Shown: one piece after another, positions 15,266-28,589 of the stretch
How positions within the stretch are numbered: position 1 is the first letter of the stretch
Layout of the letters: each line of letters starts with the position of its first letter
DNA from: Kudoa neothunni
Taxonomy: Eukaryota > Animalia > Cnidaria
Reading direction: 5' to 3'
Assembly: GCA_964304625.1 (NCBI GenBank)
Contig: OZ199840.1
Location: 10,301,220 to 10,365,219 of the forward strand
DNA: 64,000 bases
Made by a program: the position numbers and the translations under genes
The notes under the pieces: model-generated
What the model saw: only the letters and a program-made list of their open reading frames with translations
The model's database searches: none
Told to the model about the DNA's origin: nothing

Positions 15266-16159
15266 ATCTCCAATGGATACGGGATAAAATCTACCCCAAT
15301 GAGCCTTTGTTTGCTGTATAATTTGTAAATTTTAATTTCAAGCTTGCTGAGATTACTTGGATTCCTTCAAATAATTTTATTTACACATTAAAATAAAATG
15401 ACAACTTTATCTAGTGTATTGGCGGAAATATACATTTTCCACCCTCCGAATAAAAATGGTATAGAAAACTACTACAAAATTTTTATGCTAAAATTCAAGA
15501 AGAAATATATTAAACGTAAATTGTGAGTTTAGGCTTTTCCGTAATCTAGATTTTACGATATAACACTTACAAACCGCAAATAGATCACGAGATTCTACAT
15601 AAACACGTTGTTTGGTGATGATATTTTTCGGAGGGAGTTCCTGAAATGATGGCGAAATTATTATATGGCTTAAAAATAGAGAGAATCATAGCAATCGAAA
15701 GTCTTAAACCGCCTTTAAACTTTATTCCAAGAAAATGGGTTAAAAAATCAATGTTGTGTGCGCAATTTGCAATAAATTTTAATGTTAGAATCACCTATTA
15801 AATGTTTGCGAGCCTTGTTTGCATTAAATTCGGTTTATTTATGACACAAAAAATACGCTAACGGATTATATAGATTAATATTTTAATTTTAAAAACTTTA
15901 ATTAGAATAACACAGCCAATCGAAAGCAGAATTAAAAACTATTACGACGGTTGTTGATGAAAATTATATTCGCAGGATTGTCGGAATTATTAACGAATTT
16001 ATTTTCGCTATAACTCCTTATTCTTTTTTTTCATCTACCGAAACCTTCAATATTTTTCTTACGAACTTTTTTGTGTGACAAACGATAAAATAAAAATCTA
16101 GGGTAGAAAACTACCCCAGAGTTCTTAGGGGCGCAGTAGACTTTCGGTCCATTAGAGAG
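15266..16159. mobile_element. piggyBac-type MITE
   Basis: Ends ATAA-ATCTCCAATGGA / TCCATTAGAGAG-TTAA, with GGG(G/A)TA..CTACCCCA palindromes near both ends. Confidence 0.65.
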
Positions 16160-17050
16160 TTAAGTATAATAAATGGAAAATTTACTTAAAAGTTAATTTT
16201 TTTAATTCATTAAATATTTTAATTTTGATCCAATATTTAAAGATTAAATTTTTGTTGTCTCCAAACTGTCAAATTATTGATGTTCATTAAAAAAAACACT
16301 ATCAAAACATCAATTTCATATAATATTTATAATTTATCACACGAAAATAATTTTGTAAATATATTTATTTATTCGACTTTAAATTTTACCTTCGAAGTGA
16401 AATGGGGTAGATTTCTATCTCATTTTTATTTGGAGGGTGTAAATTCTTCAGCTACTTAGAAGATTACATAATCCAAGATTTGGATATAATTTTAAGTTAT
16501 ATTAATAAATACATATATTTGCTGGGAATAAACATTACGTATTTTTTTTAAATATTCGTCAATTTTAATTCTAATTAATGACAATATGAATATTTTTGAA
16601 AATATAAAAAATTAATATGTTGTTGTACAATGAATTTTAGAAGGTAAAAGTATATTATTGAGGAGTTAACTTACCTTGAGTGTTAAATAATCTTATAAAA
16701 AGATCATTTAACCAATGTATTTGAAATTAGAGAAATACGATAATTTTCTATTCAAAATACATATATAATATTTAAGTACAAATAGTATGAAATAACTAGT
16801 CATATTGTTTGAATGAAATATTATTATATATCCCACAAATATCTGCAAAAATTGCATGTCATTTTGGTGACTAATTTTATTTATTTAATATTTAATTAAT
16901 GTCACGGTAAGTATTCATGTAAACAAATTACGCATCTCGTCCATAGCAACTTCTTTAAATCAGACAAATGACGAATAGAAAGTAATGACCAAAATTAACT
17001 TATAAACATAGAAAACGGATAAAAGCAAAGTGGGGTTACAATAAAAGAGC

Positions 17051-17235
17051 GGCCTGGATAGTCGCCAGTGGTTGAAGGGAAAGGTTTCCGCCGATGTCTT
17101 TCAGGCTCGAATCCGCTTTGTACCACGGAGGCATGTGAAGTTTGAAGTTTAATGAAGGGTTGTTCTGTTACATTGGTCTTTCAGTTAAATACGACCCATA
17201 TGATATGTAGATTTACGTACATATGTACATACATA
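17051..17235 (+). mobile_element. Putative tRNA-derived SINE
   Basis: GC-richer head with A-box-like TAGTCGCCAGTGG and B-box-like GGCTCGAATCC, and a (TACA)n-like tail. No proper cloverleaf. Confidence 0.4.
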
Positions 17236-18375
17236 TTAGTGTTATGTACTCACCCAAAAATAAAAAATAAGGCATACTACACATCAAAAGTAGTATGACC
17301 TCATCCGTACATCCATACAATGAAAGATAGATTCTGATGAGAGCAGCAGAGTTTGTTTGAGGAAGGATAATACAAATAAAACACGCGTTCACTCACAGAT
17401 TTCACTGTCCAGAAATTACAGAATAAAGTTGGGCTGTGACTTTACTAACTACCGTCACTATTACTTACTACTACTATTGCTACACTTTCAGCTAGCCCCT
17501 AATAAATAAGACCTTATGCATGAACAACATGAAGAGTGTTTAAGCATCAACTGCGGAAACCTCAGAAATGCCCCTCGACCAGTGACCCAGTAAGCTGCTA
17601 ATAAAAGTGGTTTTCGGACCATTTTGTTAATGTATAAAACCCTTAACAAAGATATGCATAAAAAACATTACTTATAAAGATGAAGATAAAAATAAATATT
17701 TGAGTTTTTATAAACTTGAACTGCATTGTTTAATTTATATATGTTATTTAATTTATTTACAATGACTAATTCATGATTTTAATTGCATTTCCCAAACGTT
17801 AAAAAGACCTATGTATCATTATAATGAGGCAATATTTTTAAATCATTTTTGTAAAAATCTATAATATTATGATTATTTGAATTTATTAATTAAAAAAATT
17901 GGGACTTTAATGAGTTAGGTAATTTATTCCTATTAAATATATCCCCCAAAATTCTTTGTTTTAGATAAATATGCCAAAAAATTGATTTTTTGGTCGAATT
18001 TCTACAACATTTTAAATTTATTTAATATAATATATATTAAAATTTATTATTTGAATTTTAAAATAATATAACAATAATTTGTTCTATTAAAAAAAAATAT
18101 TTACTCTAATTTTATGATACTATAATTATATAATATTATTTTTTGATTACTGTAATTACAAAAGGAGTACTGAGATGAAAAAGTATATAGTAGATTAGCG
18201 AATCAACTAGTAAGGTAACAAGGTTATGAATAAAAGCGTTTATTAAGTTGATTCACTAGGCCAACACTATTCAGAAAAGTTATTCACCATAGATACTGGT
18301 TGATAGATTTATATTGTTGGTATAATTGAAACTTTATCTTGAAATTTACGACCACAAAAACGCATTTAAAAATTG

Positions 18376-19694
18376 ATGGTAAGATTAAGAGTTGCGAGTG
18401 GTTGGCGGTTCGTTTTGGCTGTGCTTGCACTGATTTTATGGTCGGTAAGTTGCAGTTTATATAAACAAAAGAGAGAAGTTGCCTTATCGAGCTCGAATAC
18501 ATTTCTAAACAATGATGAAACTTATTTCGAAAGTAACCTATTAAATTTATAATATCTAATATTTATACAATTAATTATCAGAAAAACTTGTATTATACTA
18601 CAATTTCGATAACTCGGATGATATCATTCAAAATAAAGCCTTTGATAGTTCAAAGTATGAGAATCACGGGATATTTCGAAGCGGGGCACTCACAATTAAT
18701 GTAAATGTTGCCCCTTTTTCTAATTGAAATCCTCATGTTTTATATAGATACCAAAAAGCACATGCAAGAACGCAGCCTACCTATTTTGCTCCGATATACG
18801 ATTAGAAGGTAACACATTTCAAGCCAAACCAATTTACGGCCTAACCATTACTGCCTGGATAATTCTGTTGGATAAACGAGGACCGAGGTCGATATTTGAG
18901 ATATTAGGCGAAAAAACTACTCACCCGTCGTACCATCTCGAGGTATTTTACAATTAGCCATTTTCAAAACATACACAACTAATATTTGTCCTATTCACAC
19001 CGACATTGGATAGATTAACTCAAACCTGCTGTATTGGTATCACAGGAACCCGGAAACCAGTAAACAAGTTTTCAGTGTAGTAGCTGAAGGAATAGTCACA
19101 AGTATTATTTTGAGGTCTGAATTAATATTTGATTTTGTCTAAGAGACGTGGATCCATATAGCTGCCACATACAACCAAACCACTGGGATTGGTCAATTGT
19201 TTATTAACGGAGTGGTGACTAATCGAACAATTGGCCGTGGTGTTCTATCGAGAGATTGGAGTAGTTTGGTTCATGTAGGTAGTTCCAATTGTCGTGAACA
19301 ATTTGGTGGTTTTCTGGACGATTTTCGTATATACAATTATGCGTTACGTTCCAACGAGATAATTGATGTGATGAGAAATTGCTCATTTGCGGAAAAAGGT
19401 CCTAACTTCGAGACCAACCCAGGTAATAAATACCATACATTTTTATATTGAATCTAATTTCTAATACTTTTACATTCCACTCAGTAGATGTTCTTCAAGT
19501 GCCGTCAATTGAAAAACGCACCAAAATCACAAACTCCCTTTCCACAAATAATCAAACTGATGTGAAAACTATCCTTCCAACTAACAACCAAACACCCATT
19601 CCAAACAATGGTGAGTATATTATTTTTGCTAATATTTTTATTGAAATATTCTGTGTTTATAGATAAAAACAACATCAATAACAGTCATCCCTAG
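18376..19694 (+). CDS. Secreted LamG/concanavalin A-like (pentraxin-like) domain protein, 331 aa, 7 exons: 18376-18532, 18582-18700, 18748-18942, 19014-19101, 19144-19422, 19485-19610, 19663-19694
   Basis: Signal peptide MVRLRVASGWRFVLAVLALILWSVSC followed by a KR site; LVLYYNFD..DSS..NHG, TITAWI, WIHIAATYN, LFING, GFLDDFRIYNYAL; N/T-rich tail. Phases consistent. Confidence 0.88.
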
Positions 19695-19915
19695 AGATTA
19701 CAGTTATTTTTTATGAAAATATTATTGTGATAATTTGTCTACCAATCGGAATTTTATTGCTATAGTGAATTCAATAATAAATCAACAAGTATATGTAAAA
19801 TTAATAACCAGAAAAATTTTCTCATGAAAAACATATTTTAAGAAATAATAACAACCATTTATGTGGGATCTCTCGTTGACTGTGTATTGTAGCTAATTAA
19901 TCCATTGTGCGATAT

Positions 19916-22900
19916 TTATGTTTTCTCATTCTTTTTTGTTCCCTTACTTTTTAATTTTAACCTATAAAAATAATATAATAAATTCTAATGATTAATTTAT
20001 TAAAATATCGCTTGAATGATCATAAAAATACTTATTAGGAGTTTTATAACAGGAAATTACATTGTGGCTATTCTCTTAAAGTATTGCCGATCAAACTTCT
20101 TGGCTTTAGTGTCTTGTTCCGATTCCATTTCGCTACTACTTTCACTGGAGAACTGTTCATTTTGATCCTCATGATCCCAATTGAATAAATGATAATTCAA
20201 TTTTTTGTTGTCTTCAAAACATTATATAAAAAGAAAATAATATAAATAGATACATATTTTATCTCGAAGACATTTCTTTAATCGATTACAATAAGACCCA
20301 ATTTGATGATACTGTTTTGATTTGAGTAATAATCGTACTATACTGAACATGTTTTTTGCCAGCATATTTACATCCCTTGGCAACCGACAATGATACCAAT
20401 TGTACGATAGTGTATAGAAAGATAATGCATTTTCGTATTGAGAAAAGGATTCGCTCAATCGTCCAAAATTATGGCACACAATAGGATAGAGTGCACCGGC
20501 CAAATTTTGAACGTTACTTCCCCCAGAGCCTGTCGTGTCAGCCACTTTTTCCAACAACTCATAGCTGTACTTGTAACACATCAATGTGGCTGTCTTCTCA
20601 TTTAAGTAGTAATAGATGTTACCGAGATTGATGTGGTTGACTACTTTCAACAGGGGGAGAATTGAGAGCGGTTTCTATGAGTGAATTATCAACATTATGA
20701 CTAAATCAACTAAAGCGAATCTAACATTGGATTATTCCTATAGAAATACGTCATTTTATTTGCAATAAAAATTCTTTTATTATTATTATTATTATTATTA
20801 AAGTATCAGAATATTACAATTTAAGCACACATTTTTCCTTCTTAATTCTACTTTACTTAAATATAAAAATTATGCTTATTTTAATTCATATATAATTTTC
20901 TGTATTATATAAAATAAATCGTAAAATTAACTTTGACAAAAAGGATAAATATCCGTTAGAGCTTATAGCTTAGTTATAAGTAAGTTATAGCTTAATGAGC
21001 AATTTAAACTGCAATTCACGTATGGGTATACAACCATTTTGCTCACCCAAGGTATATCTCATATTTAATTCAGCTGAATTTTATTTTATTTCCAAGTTAA
21101 AATGATTGAAATTCGAAAAACAAGTTATGATAAGAATAAAAAATTTAATAACGCCTAGGTAGAAAAATATTGTTTTATTCTAACAGAGAACGAATATTAT
21201 TTATTTGCTATATCATTCGTTATTCAATTTAAAACATTTAGTAAATTTATTATTTATGTATTCTTTTGAATATTGCGTTTCGAAATTAATGGATTTATCA
21301 AAAGTGTGAGCTGAAACTTTAGTTTTAAATTTTCTGTCCCTGGAAGTTTTCGAAGATTCAAATTTTTTCCCCAGGCTCCAAAAGTTGGTGCATCACTGAA
21401 CTAAAGACTTCCGGGGTCCAATGAACCTCACAACGCTTTTTGGTCAATATGTCTTAAAAATAAAAAAAATTAAATGCACAAATATTATTCATTGTAGTCG
21501 CATAAAAATCTGGAAATATGAAATTAATCGATTAATAATTATTTTTTGTAAGGATTTGATTATTCACAAATAATTAAAAATTAAAACAGATATGGTAAAC
21601 TTTCATTTAAACATAAAAAATAAATTTATCGAATCATAAAAAGTAAATAACATCTATTTGAATAAATTTAATAATTATATGCGGTCCTTTCAAAAATGAA
21701 ATCTTCCAAAAAATTGATCTATTTGATTAATCTTCACAAATTATGTTTGCGAAAAGAGGAAAATCAATCTAACATGTTTTTAACGTGCTGAGTACAGCAG
21801 AATGTAGGGCCAGGTGGTTTTTTTTCATGATACCTACTGCTCCGATTCTGGATATTATCGCTGTACTAAAACCTCACATAATACCACTTTTACTGATTAT
21901 TGGGTCTTCAATGTGTCCACATTCCACAGATTCAATGGATCGTTAAGATGATTCCATATAGTTTCCTTCAAATTCACTTCCTAACGATTGAAATTCATCA
22001 ATACATTCATTGGTTTCATTCTGTTTTTGTGTAGGCAAGCGGAGTTGTGTGGTATTATGTGAACAGAGTAACAATACTTTAGAATATTATATTTAATATT
22101 TTTACTAAAAAATATTAATCATTTAGTTGATTCACATGAATTTTTTATTTCTCAATAATTTAAGATAATTCAGCAAAGGTTTTATATAACAATTCCTCCC
22201 GATCGAAACATAGTACCGGCGAGATTGATTATAATGGATTAATTCCACAAAAGTTTGGTTGTTTTCTTCAAATTTAGTCGACAGAAATTTTTGTAACTGA
22301 ACCAGCCGATATATCAATATTTATTAAGTTAATTCATCAAATAAAAAACTACGGTCTTTTTACCCCGAAAGTCTGAAGGTTGGTCGTTTCGGCTGATTTT
22401 AGAGGGTTAAAAAATATCATTATTCGTCAATAATAATTCCTAGTTTAATAATTTCAATTATAACAAATGGATAAAAAAAAGTTATTTTATTTCTTACAAT
22501 GAAACTTTAAAATTTTATTTCACATGTTTTAATGAACTATCACCCTCAAATTTTTATCACAAACAAAACTTGGCTTTATTATATATCAATTTAAGAATAA
22601 ATTAACCCCTACCTGGTCCTTGTAGAGATATTCCATTTCATTTATAAAATATTCTTTGGCCTCCACATACAAGTTGAGTCGCACATGAATCAATGCCATG
22701 TAACTGTACATTTTTGCTAGTTTTAGGTTGTTTTTTCCTTCATCAGATTGAATTTTTTCAAGGAAGAATGCTTTCAATGAATAAATTGTCGTGGGCGACT
22801 GGATCTCATACCTATAAACAAATCCCCAAAGCTCATTTACCATTGTATATTCGACTCACAGTTACCCCATGATATTCTTATAGTTGTTCAAATCATAGGT

Positions 22901-22957
22901 CCAAAGATTGTTTTTAATTTTCTCAAAGAAATTAGTCTTATCCTCCTTAGCCGACAT
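19916..22957 (-). CDS. TPR-like helical repeat protein of unknown function, ~302 aa, exons 22866-22957, 22613-22811, 20254-20674, 20061-20211, 19916-19961
   Basis: GT-AG splicing gives a continuous frame with TPR-like units (AKMYSYMALIH..Y.EAKEYF; HINLGNIYYY; HNFGRL..YENALSFY) and an acidic then basic tail. The last exon is uncertain (alternative stop at 20057-20059). Confidence 0.7.
21400..22406. mobile_element. piggyBac-derived remnant inside the TPR-like gene intron
   Basis: Right end ..TTTTAGAGGG-TTAA with ACCCCGAAAGTCT mirrored by AGACTTCCGGGGT at ~21405. Confidence 0.5.
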
Positions 22958-23143
22958 TCGACCTAGCAACACACCGCCCAACCGTTGCGCCTCTGTAAAC
23001 AATTACGAATGCGCCTCCTTATCCACTGACATTATACACGCAACATAACAGCTTGCATTCAAGCATCCCAAAAAATACACAAGTTTAATCAACACAAATA
23101 TATTCTAATAGAAAATCCCAATTGAGAAATTCCCATGTCGAAT

Positions 23144-23864
23144 TCAACCAAAAATTGATAACCTCAGAAGCTACACACACATTTTAATTGAAAATCAAAT
23201 GAGAAAAATAATAACAATAATCGCCTTACTGATTGATGGGGCTGAATAAGTGGCTCAAATACGGACCAACTGTTCGCGTCCAATTGTATCAACCCAATCG
23301 ACATACATTTGTACAACACCAAACAAAATGTCAACACCTGTCCCAATATATACACCAACAAATGTAAAACTTTGTATGGACCATTCAACTTGGAGAATAC
23401 TATTATTATTTAATTAATTAATTAATAATAATAAAAATTTCGAATAATAACCCACCTTCATCTATACAATAAAGACATTTCAACGGTTTGAAAATATTCA
23501 TTAATATCATCATTATAGGGAATATAGAAATTGTATTGCCGGATAACCACAACATAATCCCTGTTCCAATCAACCCATTTAATGGTTCACATGCCAATGA
23601 CAATGATTTCTGAACAAAAAAAATAAATTCTTCTATCCACCTTCAAACATAATTTCATTTTACTTGATTAATCAATGCTTGATCGGAGGACGACTTTCTC
23701 TAAAAACCAACTTAACACAGCATATCCTCAACGACTTTACAGTCATTGTGGTGTTGATTAGATCACAATACACCTTTTCTGGATTATCATCTATAATTTA
23801 GGTTTTATTTGGTTTGCAACTAGCGCAAATTAATACTTTCAACGAGTTCGGTTGAACCGGTCAT
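23144..23864 (-). CDS. EMC4: ER membrane protein complex subunit 4 (TMEM85), 143 aa, exons 23837-23864, 23774-23790, 23664-23699, 23456-23609, 23230-23399, 23144-23170
   Basis: LACEPL..IMLWLSGNTISIFPIMM..KP and LVYILGQ..LYKCMSIGLI..W match EMC4 motifs (ALGPLK, MAGNTISIFP, YKCQSMGLLP..DW). Phases consistent. Confidence 0.9.
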
Positions 23865-23892
23865 GAGTATGTTAAAAAATTCTGATCCTCAC

Positions 23893-23904
23893 TGCGCTTG
23901 CGCA
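23893..23904. promoter_or_regulatory. NRF1-like GCGC palindrome upstream of EMC4
   Basis: TGCGCTTGCGCA lies ~30 bp upstream of the EMC4 ATG in very AT-rich DNA and is close to the YGCGCAYGCGCR consensus. Confidence 0.35.
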
Positions 23905-24424
23905 TTGAATTTTTTTTCATTATTGATAAAATAATGTGTTCCTTAGTGCACCTCATTATTGTCATGTTATTCTTGGTGGAATAAAAAAATTATTTAGGTT
24001 GTTAAAATATCTGTTTGTAATCATGGAAACGTCGGAGATTTTTATAGTTTCTGCTATCTTGCTTGCGCAACATTATTTTTAACAAAAAGTAACATTATCT
24101 TAGGTATCTGTTAAACCAGCTCAACGATAAAAAATATTCAGCAATAAATTTCCAGAAAAATACAGGATATTTTAACCTTATCTTATTATGTTTATTATTA
24201 GGAAACGGAATATTGTGCGTGAGGGTTTAAAAAATAGAGTATCGAGAATTAATCTAAATTATAATATCAAGAATTAAATATCCTACTGAGAATTGTATGC
24301 AGTAAGTCAAAGTGCCGAGATAACGCCTAGGATTTCAATAACTATACGCTTATTTTGTTAAACTCAATATTGTGATAAAATTATTTAAAATTAGAGGCTA
24401 CGTTTTGAAGTTATGGAAATTTAA

Positions 24425-26345
24425 CCCTCTAATCCAATGAATTTGGGGTAGATTTTTTCCCTCAACAAAAAATTGTTGGTTGTATACAGTAAGAAACCAA
24501 TTTCATGCATTTGCGTGCACAATTATTTCAGAAAAAATTGAGATTTAATAATAATTAAATTGCGTTAATAAAGATTAGTTAATTATATATTAATTTTAAA
24601 ACGATAATTAAAACTCGAGAACGTGTTAACAGCACAAAAATATTTTTCAACCATCTATGAAATACTCTTCTTGTTGCTATCGGTAGAATACGGCAGTTTC
24701 GTCTACATTGTAAATAAAATTTTCAGAGTATCTCTTAAAAATGGTCTGATTTGATTGGTCTATTATGAAGTAGTTTTAGGTGTAGCTTCAACAGATTAGC
24801 TAATAAAATTTTATTTTTTTAAAACAACGAAACCCTCAACAAATTGCACATGAAGGTAAAAATTTCGATTTGGCTAATTGATTTCTCTTGATGATTATTG
24901 TGACGACGCTTACTACAATCTTTCTGATTCGTGTCCACACATATACATCTTCATCAATAGAATTAAATTGTCCTTCATGCAAATAATTTCTATTTTTAGA
25001 TTCTACAAAAATTTATAGGTTTTGATTATTTTATTTTTCATCTCTAGGATGCCATTAGGAGTCGAAATACTAGATATTTAAAATGTGATATAGTGACAGT
25101 TTTTGGGTCATTACATTGAAGACTTTCATAATACAGTAGTGTATGGATCTAATGAAAAAATGCCTCGAGCGCAGTGCTTAATCTGAACTTGGCAAAAAAT
25201 AATGGATGGAGCGTCAATTTTAGAAAAACAAAATCATTTTACACTACAAAGAAACTCTAAATTATAAGTTTTTATGAGTTTATATCATATAATAAAAATG
25301 CTAAGTTCCAAGCGATTATTTTATTTGCCAATAAAATAGCACGATAATAACAAGGTCTAATGTCCAGTTCCATTTTTGTATCTTTTCCTGAAAAATAGAA
25401 TAGAAAACTCACTATTTCTAAGAAAGAAAATTTTATTAATTCTCTACTATTTATTAACCCTCCAAAAAATATTTGTCCAATGTAACACTGCTACTTTTCT
25501 TCAAACACAACCAGCGTGCTTCAGCCATCGGATCATGGAATTGTTAAAGTTTTAAAATGTTACACAAAATAAATCTAATTACGTCGTTTATACAGCAGAT
25601 CGAAATTAAAAATGGTGGCTATATTGTAACTAATGTATAAGATGTTATTCAGTTGACAATCAAATTATGAGAATATATTAAAACGGAAGCCACAGTTAAC
25701 TGCTATAGGAAATCAATTGTCCTCTCTGAAAATCCACAAAGTGATGAGTGATGATTCCTAAGATGTTCTTGATGATGATCAATTTAAACATGACACAATT
25801 AAGCTGACTGAAGAGGAGAAATCATTATAATTAATAAATATTATTGATGAAACTCTTGATAACAACACAGACGACACCTCTGAAATTTGGACAACACCAA
25901 ATTTTCCTGATTTTGACGTGGTAGATGACCACTTGGATTATATTTATAAAGTTATTATATCAAAACATGAGTAACTATATTAACGGACCAAAGTTGGAAA
26001 ACTCTTTCTAAATAAAATTTTGTCAATGCACGAAAAATATCAACCGAACTTAAAATGGCCGATTCAATATTTGAACAATTTTTTCAGAACAAAAAATATA
26101 GAACGTTATTTTAATAACAAAAGATATAAAAGTTAATCTTTTCTTCACATTAATTTATTATTGATTATATCACTGATTGAAAACTGTTATTTTTCCTCCA
26201 ACTCGTGCGCTACTCGAATGTGCCCAGCGCAAAAATGGATGCGACCCAGAAATTCGGAAGATGAAAACCTTTGCGTTGCATCCATACACTACTGTACATG
26301 ATTATGGAATCCAAGTTCTGTATAGGACCCAATGTCAATAGAGGG
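24425..26345 (-). mobile_element. Decayed piggyBac element interrupted by a TA-TIR element
   Basis: TTAA-CCCTCTAAT left end with a GGGGTAGA motif; minus-strand FNSIDE transposase motif near 24950; ..AATAGAGGG possible right end. Confidence 0.45.
25134..26294. mobile_element. Non-autonomous Tc1/mariner/pogo-superfamily element
   Basis: Perfect 15-bp TIRs CAGTAGTGTATGGAT flanked by TA on both sides. Confidence 0.85.
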
Positions 26346-26399
26346 GAAGTCCGCATCCTTCCTATACACTTTTTCTTTGACATCTCCAATATTTATATT

Positions 26400-27230
26400 G
26401 ATTGTTTTGATAATCTTTGTATAGGATTATATCATTATTTTTAAAGATTTCGAAATCGTTTTCAATACTCTCACTCCTCTACGGTTTTTATCTCGCGCGT
26501 GAGAAAATATTTCCGGCAAAATTTCGCCATATCGTACGTAAAAATGGGTTCAGTCAAAAAGCGTTGTACTTTTTCCTATCAATCAATCAGATCAAAAGTA
26601 GATGCTGAATCGTTTGTTTCATTTTTCAGAACACGTCTCAAAGTAGTGAATTTCCTTAATAGTCCCGAAAACATAAGATTTCTCAGTTTCCAATCAAGGC
26701 ATGTGCTGGGCTTTATCAATTGATATTTCATCTTTTCCCAAAATTTATTAACTGTCAAGTTGAAACGATGTGAAACACAACCGAACATTGCAAAATTCCT
26801 TCGATTTACATGAGCTTTATTTACTTCGGTATTATCGGCAAAAAGAGCTGTTACTTTTTTCGAGAGTTTTTCCATAAACATTCAAAACAAAATCTATTAA
26901 TTCATAACTTTTATTTTGATTAAATGATGTTTCAGTCAAAGGAAGAGATAATGTTAACTATGAACGTGGTTTAAATCCATCTACGTTATCCGAAACAATA
27001 ACACACAAAATGTGAAGTCGATTTTTCTCTAATAATTTCTTTGAACGTTCTCTTCCCCCAATTCCTTGTATTTTCACAAATCGGCTCAAAATTTGTAAAA
27101 AGAAGTGTATGCTCATTCTCTACTAGGTTGAATGACTTCAGATCACAACAGATCAAGTTAAGTCATCCATAAATATTGCTTTCTTCCTTTGTAATGTCTT
27201 TTTCCGGCTGAACTTTATATAAACTCCCTA
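26400..27230 (-). pseudogene. hAT-like transposase fragment
   Basis: ALFADNTEVNKA and FGCVSHRFNL match the hAT DN...CxxH motifs; frameshifted. Confidence 0.65.
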
Positions 27231-27309
27231 ATCTCAAATTAACATAGGATTAGCGAAATCAAAAAAAAACATGAAAAACACAACAAATACAAATCTAATT
27301 TACAGTTAA

Positions 27310-28238
27310 CTAAATTTTTTTTAACGATGATATAAAGCCATCCCATTAATCACGATTGTTTTTCCTTCTCTATTGAAATTCACCGAGAAATTCGTTGATA
27401 CCATCCATACTGACAGAACCATCTTTATTAACCGAAGATGTTCTGTTTCTTGGTGATATTTTATATTTGATAGCACCCCAAGTACTTTTAATTGTGTTTG
27501 TATGAGCTCCTGTAGTACTATTCGTATATTCTATACTGTGATTTACAGTGGAGATGAGTGTAGAAAGTATGTAGCGTTCCATAACTTTTGAAGCAATCAG
27601 TTATGATAATAGAGCCAGGATATACGTACGTTTTAATCTTTTTGGTAAGAGTCTCAGTGGTTCTGTCAGGAACCTCCACCAAAAACATCTTTCGATCTGA
27701 TGTCCTTTCTACACCTACACCTTCAAGAACCCATGCTCCATTAACACTACTATGACCTCTGCTATGCGCCACCTTTCAAAATTTAGACTCATCAATCTCT
27801 ACAATTATATTTTCTCCTCCAATAACTATATCCTCAAAGTAAAGACTATCTGCTACCAGCTGGCGAAGATAATGACAATAATTGGTAATTGTTTGAGAAA
27901 AGTGTCGGGTAATTGTGCCCAGGTTAACACTTTTTACACTCACCAACCAGTAATATGAGAACTCCAAAAAAATCGTGAAGTTTAAAATTAATATTACTGA
28001 AAAATGTCGACTCAAAAATTGATACTTCTTTTCTGCGCATTTTGGAGCAACATCGCCAGTTTTTTCGATGTATACAATGGCTAGTTCCATTACATTTTAT
28101 ACAATTAGTTGGTGCTCTGAAGATACCAATATTGATAAGATATTGTATAGAGTTATCCTCATTACAAAAAATATTATCAAAAGATCTTCTTGGAGAAATC
28201 ATTTGCGCAATTCTAGTGATAATCGGTAGATAACCCAT
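27310..28238 (-). pseudogene. Merlin (IS1595/ISXO2-like DDE) transposase, frameshifted
   Basis: CxxC..WRC..SI..TFF N-terminus; GGENIIVEIDESKF, VERT..FLVEVPDR, PGSIIITDC, VNHS, TGAHTNTI.STW spread over four ORF pieces. Confidence 0.9.
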
Positions 28239-28589
28239 AAATAGTATATTTTGTCGGCTAAATCTATCTAATGCTGCAATATTATAAGGGGCCGCACACC
28301 CACAAACTTATTAATTAATAATCAGTAAAAACGGAAATTTTTACGGAGGGTATAAATCAAATGTGATCCCTTTTGCCAATCCAAAATTATCAGTTATTTT
28401 TTGAACCTTTGTTTTCTGCGGATAGTCAAAGTGCTGACTTCTATTTTATTATTGTGGTTAGCCTTCCCCATATTTTTGTTGCGTTAACTCCCTTCGCTTA
28501 TTTACATTTCCAATTAGAATTTAATATATCGTTTTTATTGAAATATTCTAATGCAATTGACTTTATACCTTGAGGCCTTTCTGAAACAA

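Noticed and set aside
17330-17380. CTGATGA as a hammerhead core or box C
   Set aside because: No properly placed GAAA or stems, and no convincing box D.
23930-24300. Possible gene divergent from EMC4
   Set aside because: Could not build a phase-consistent model or recognise a product.
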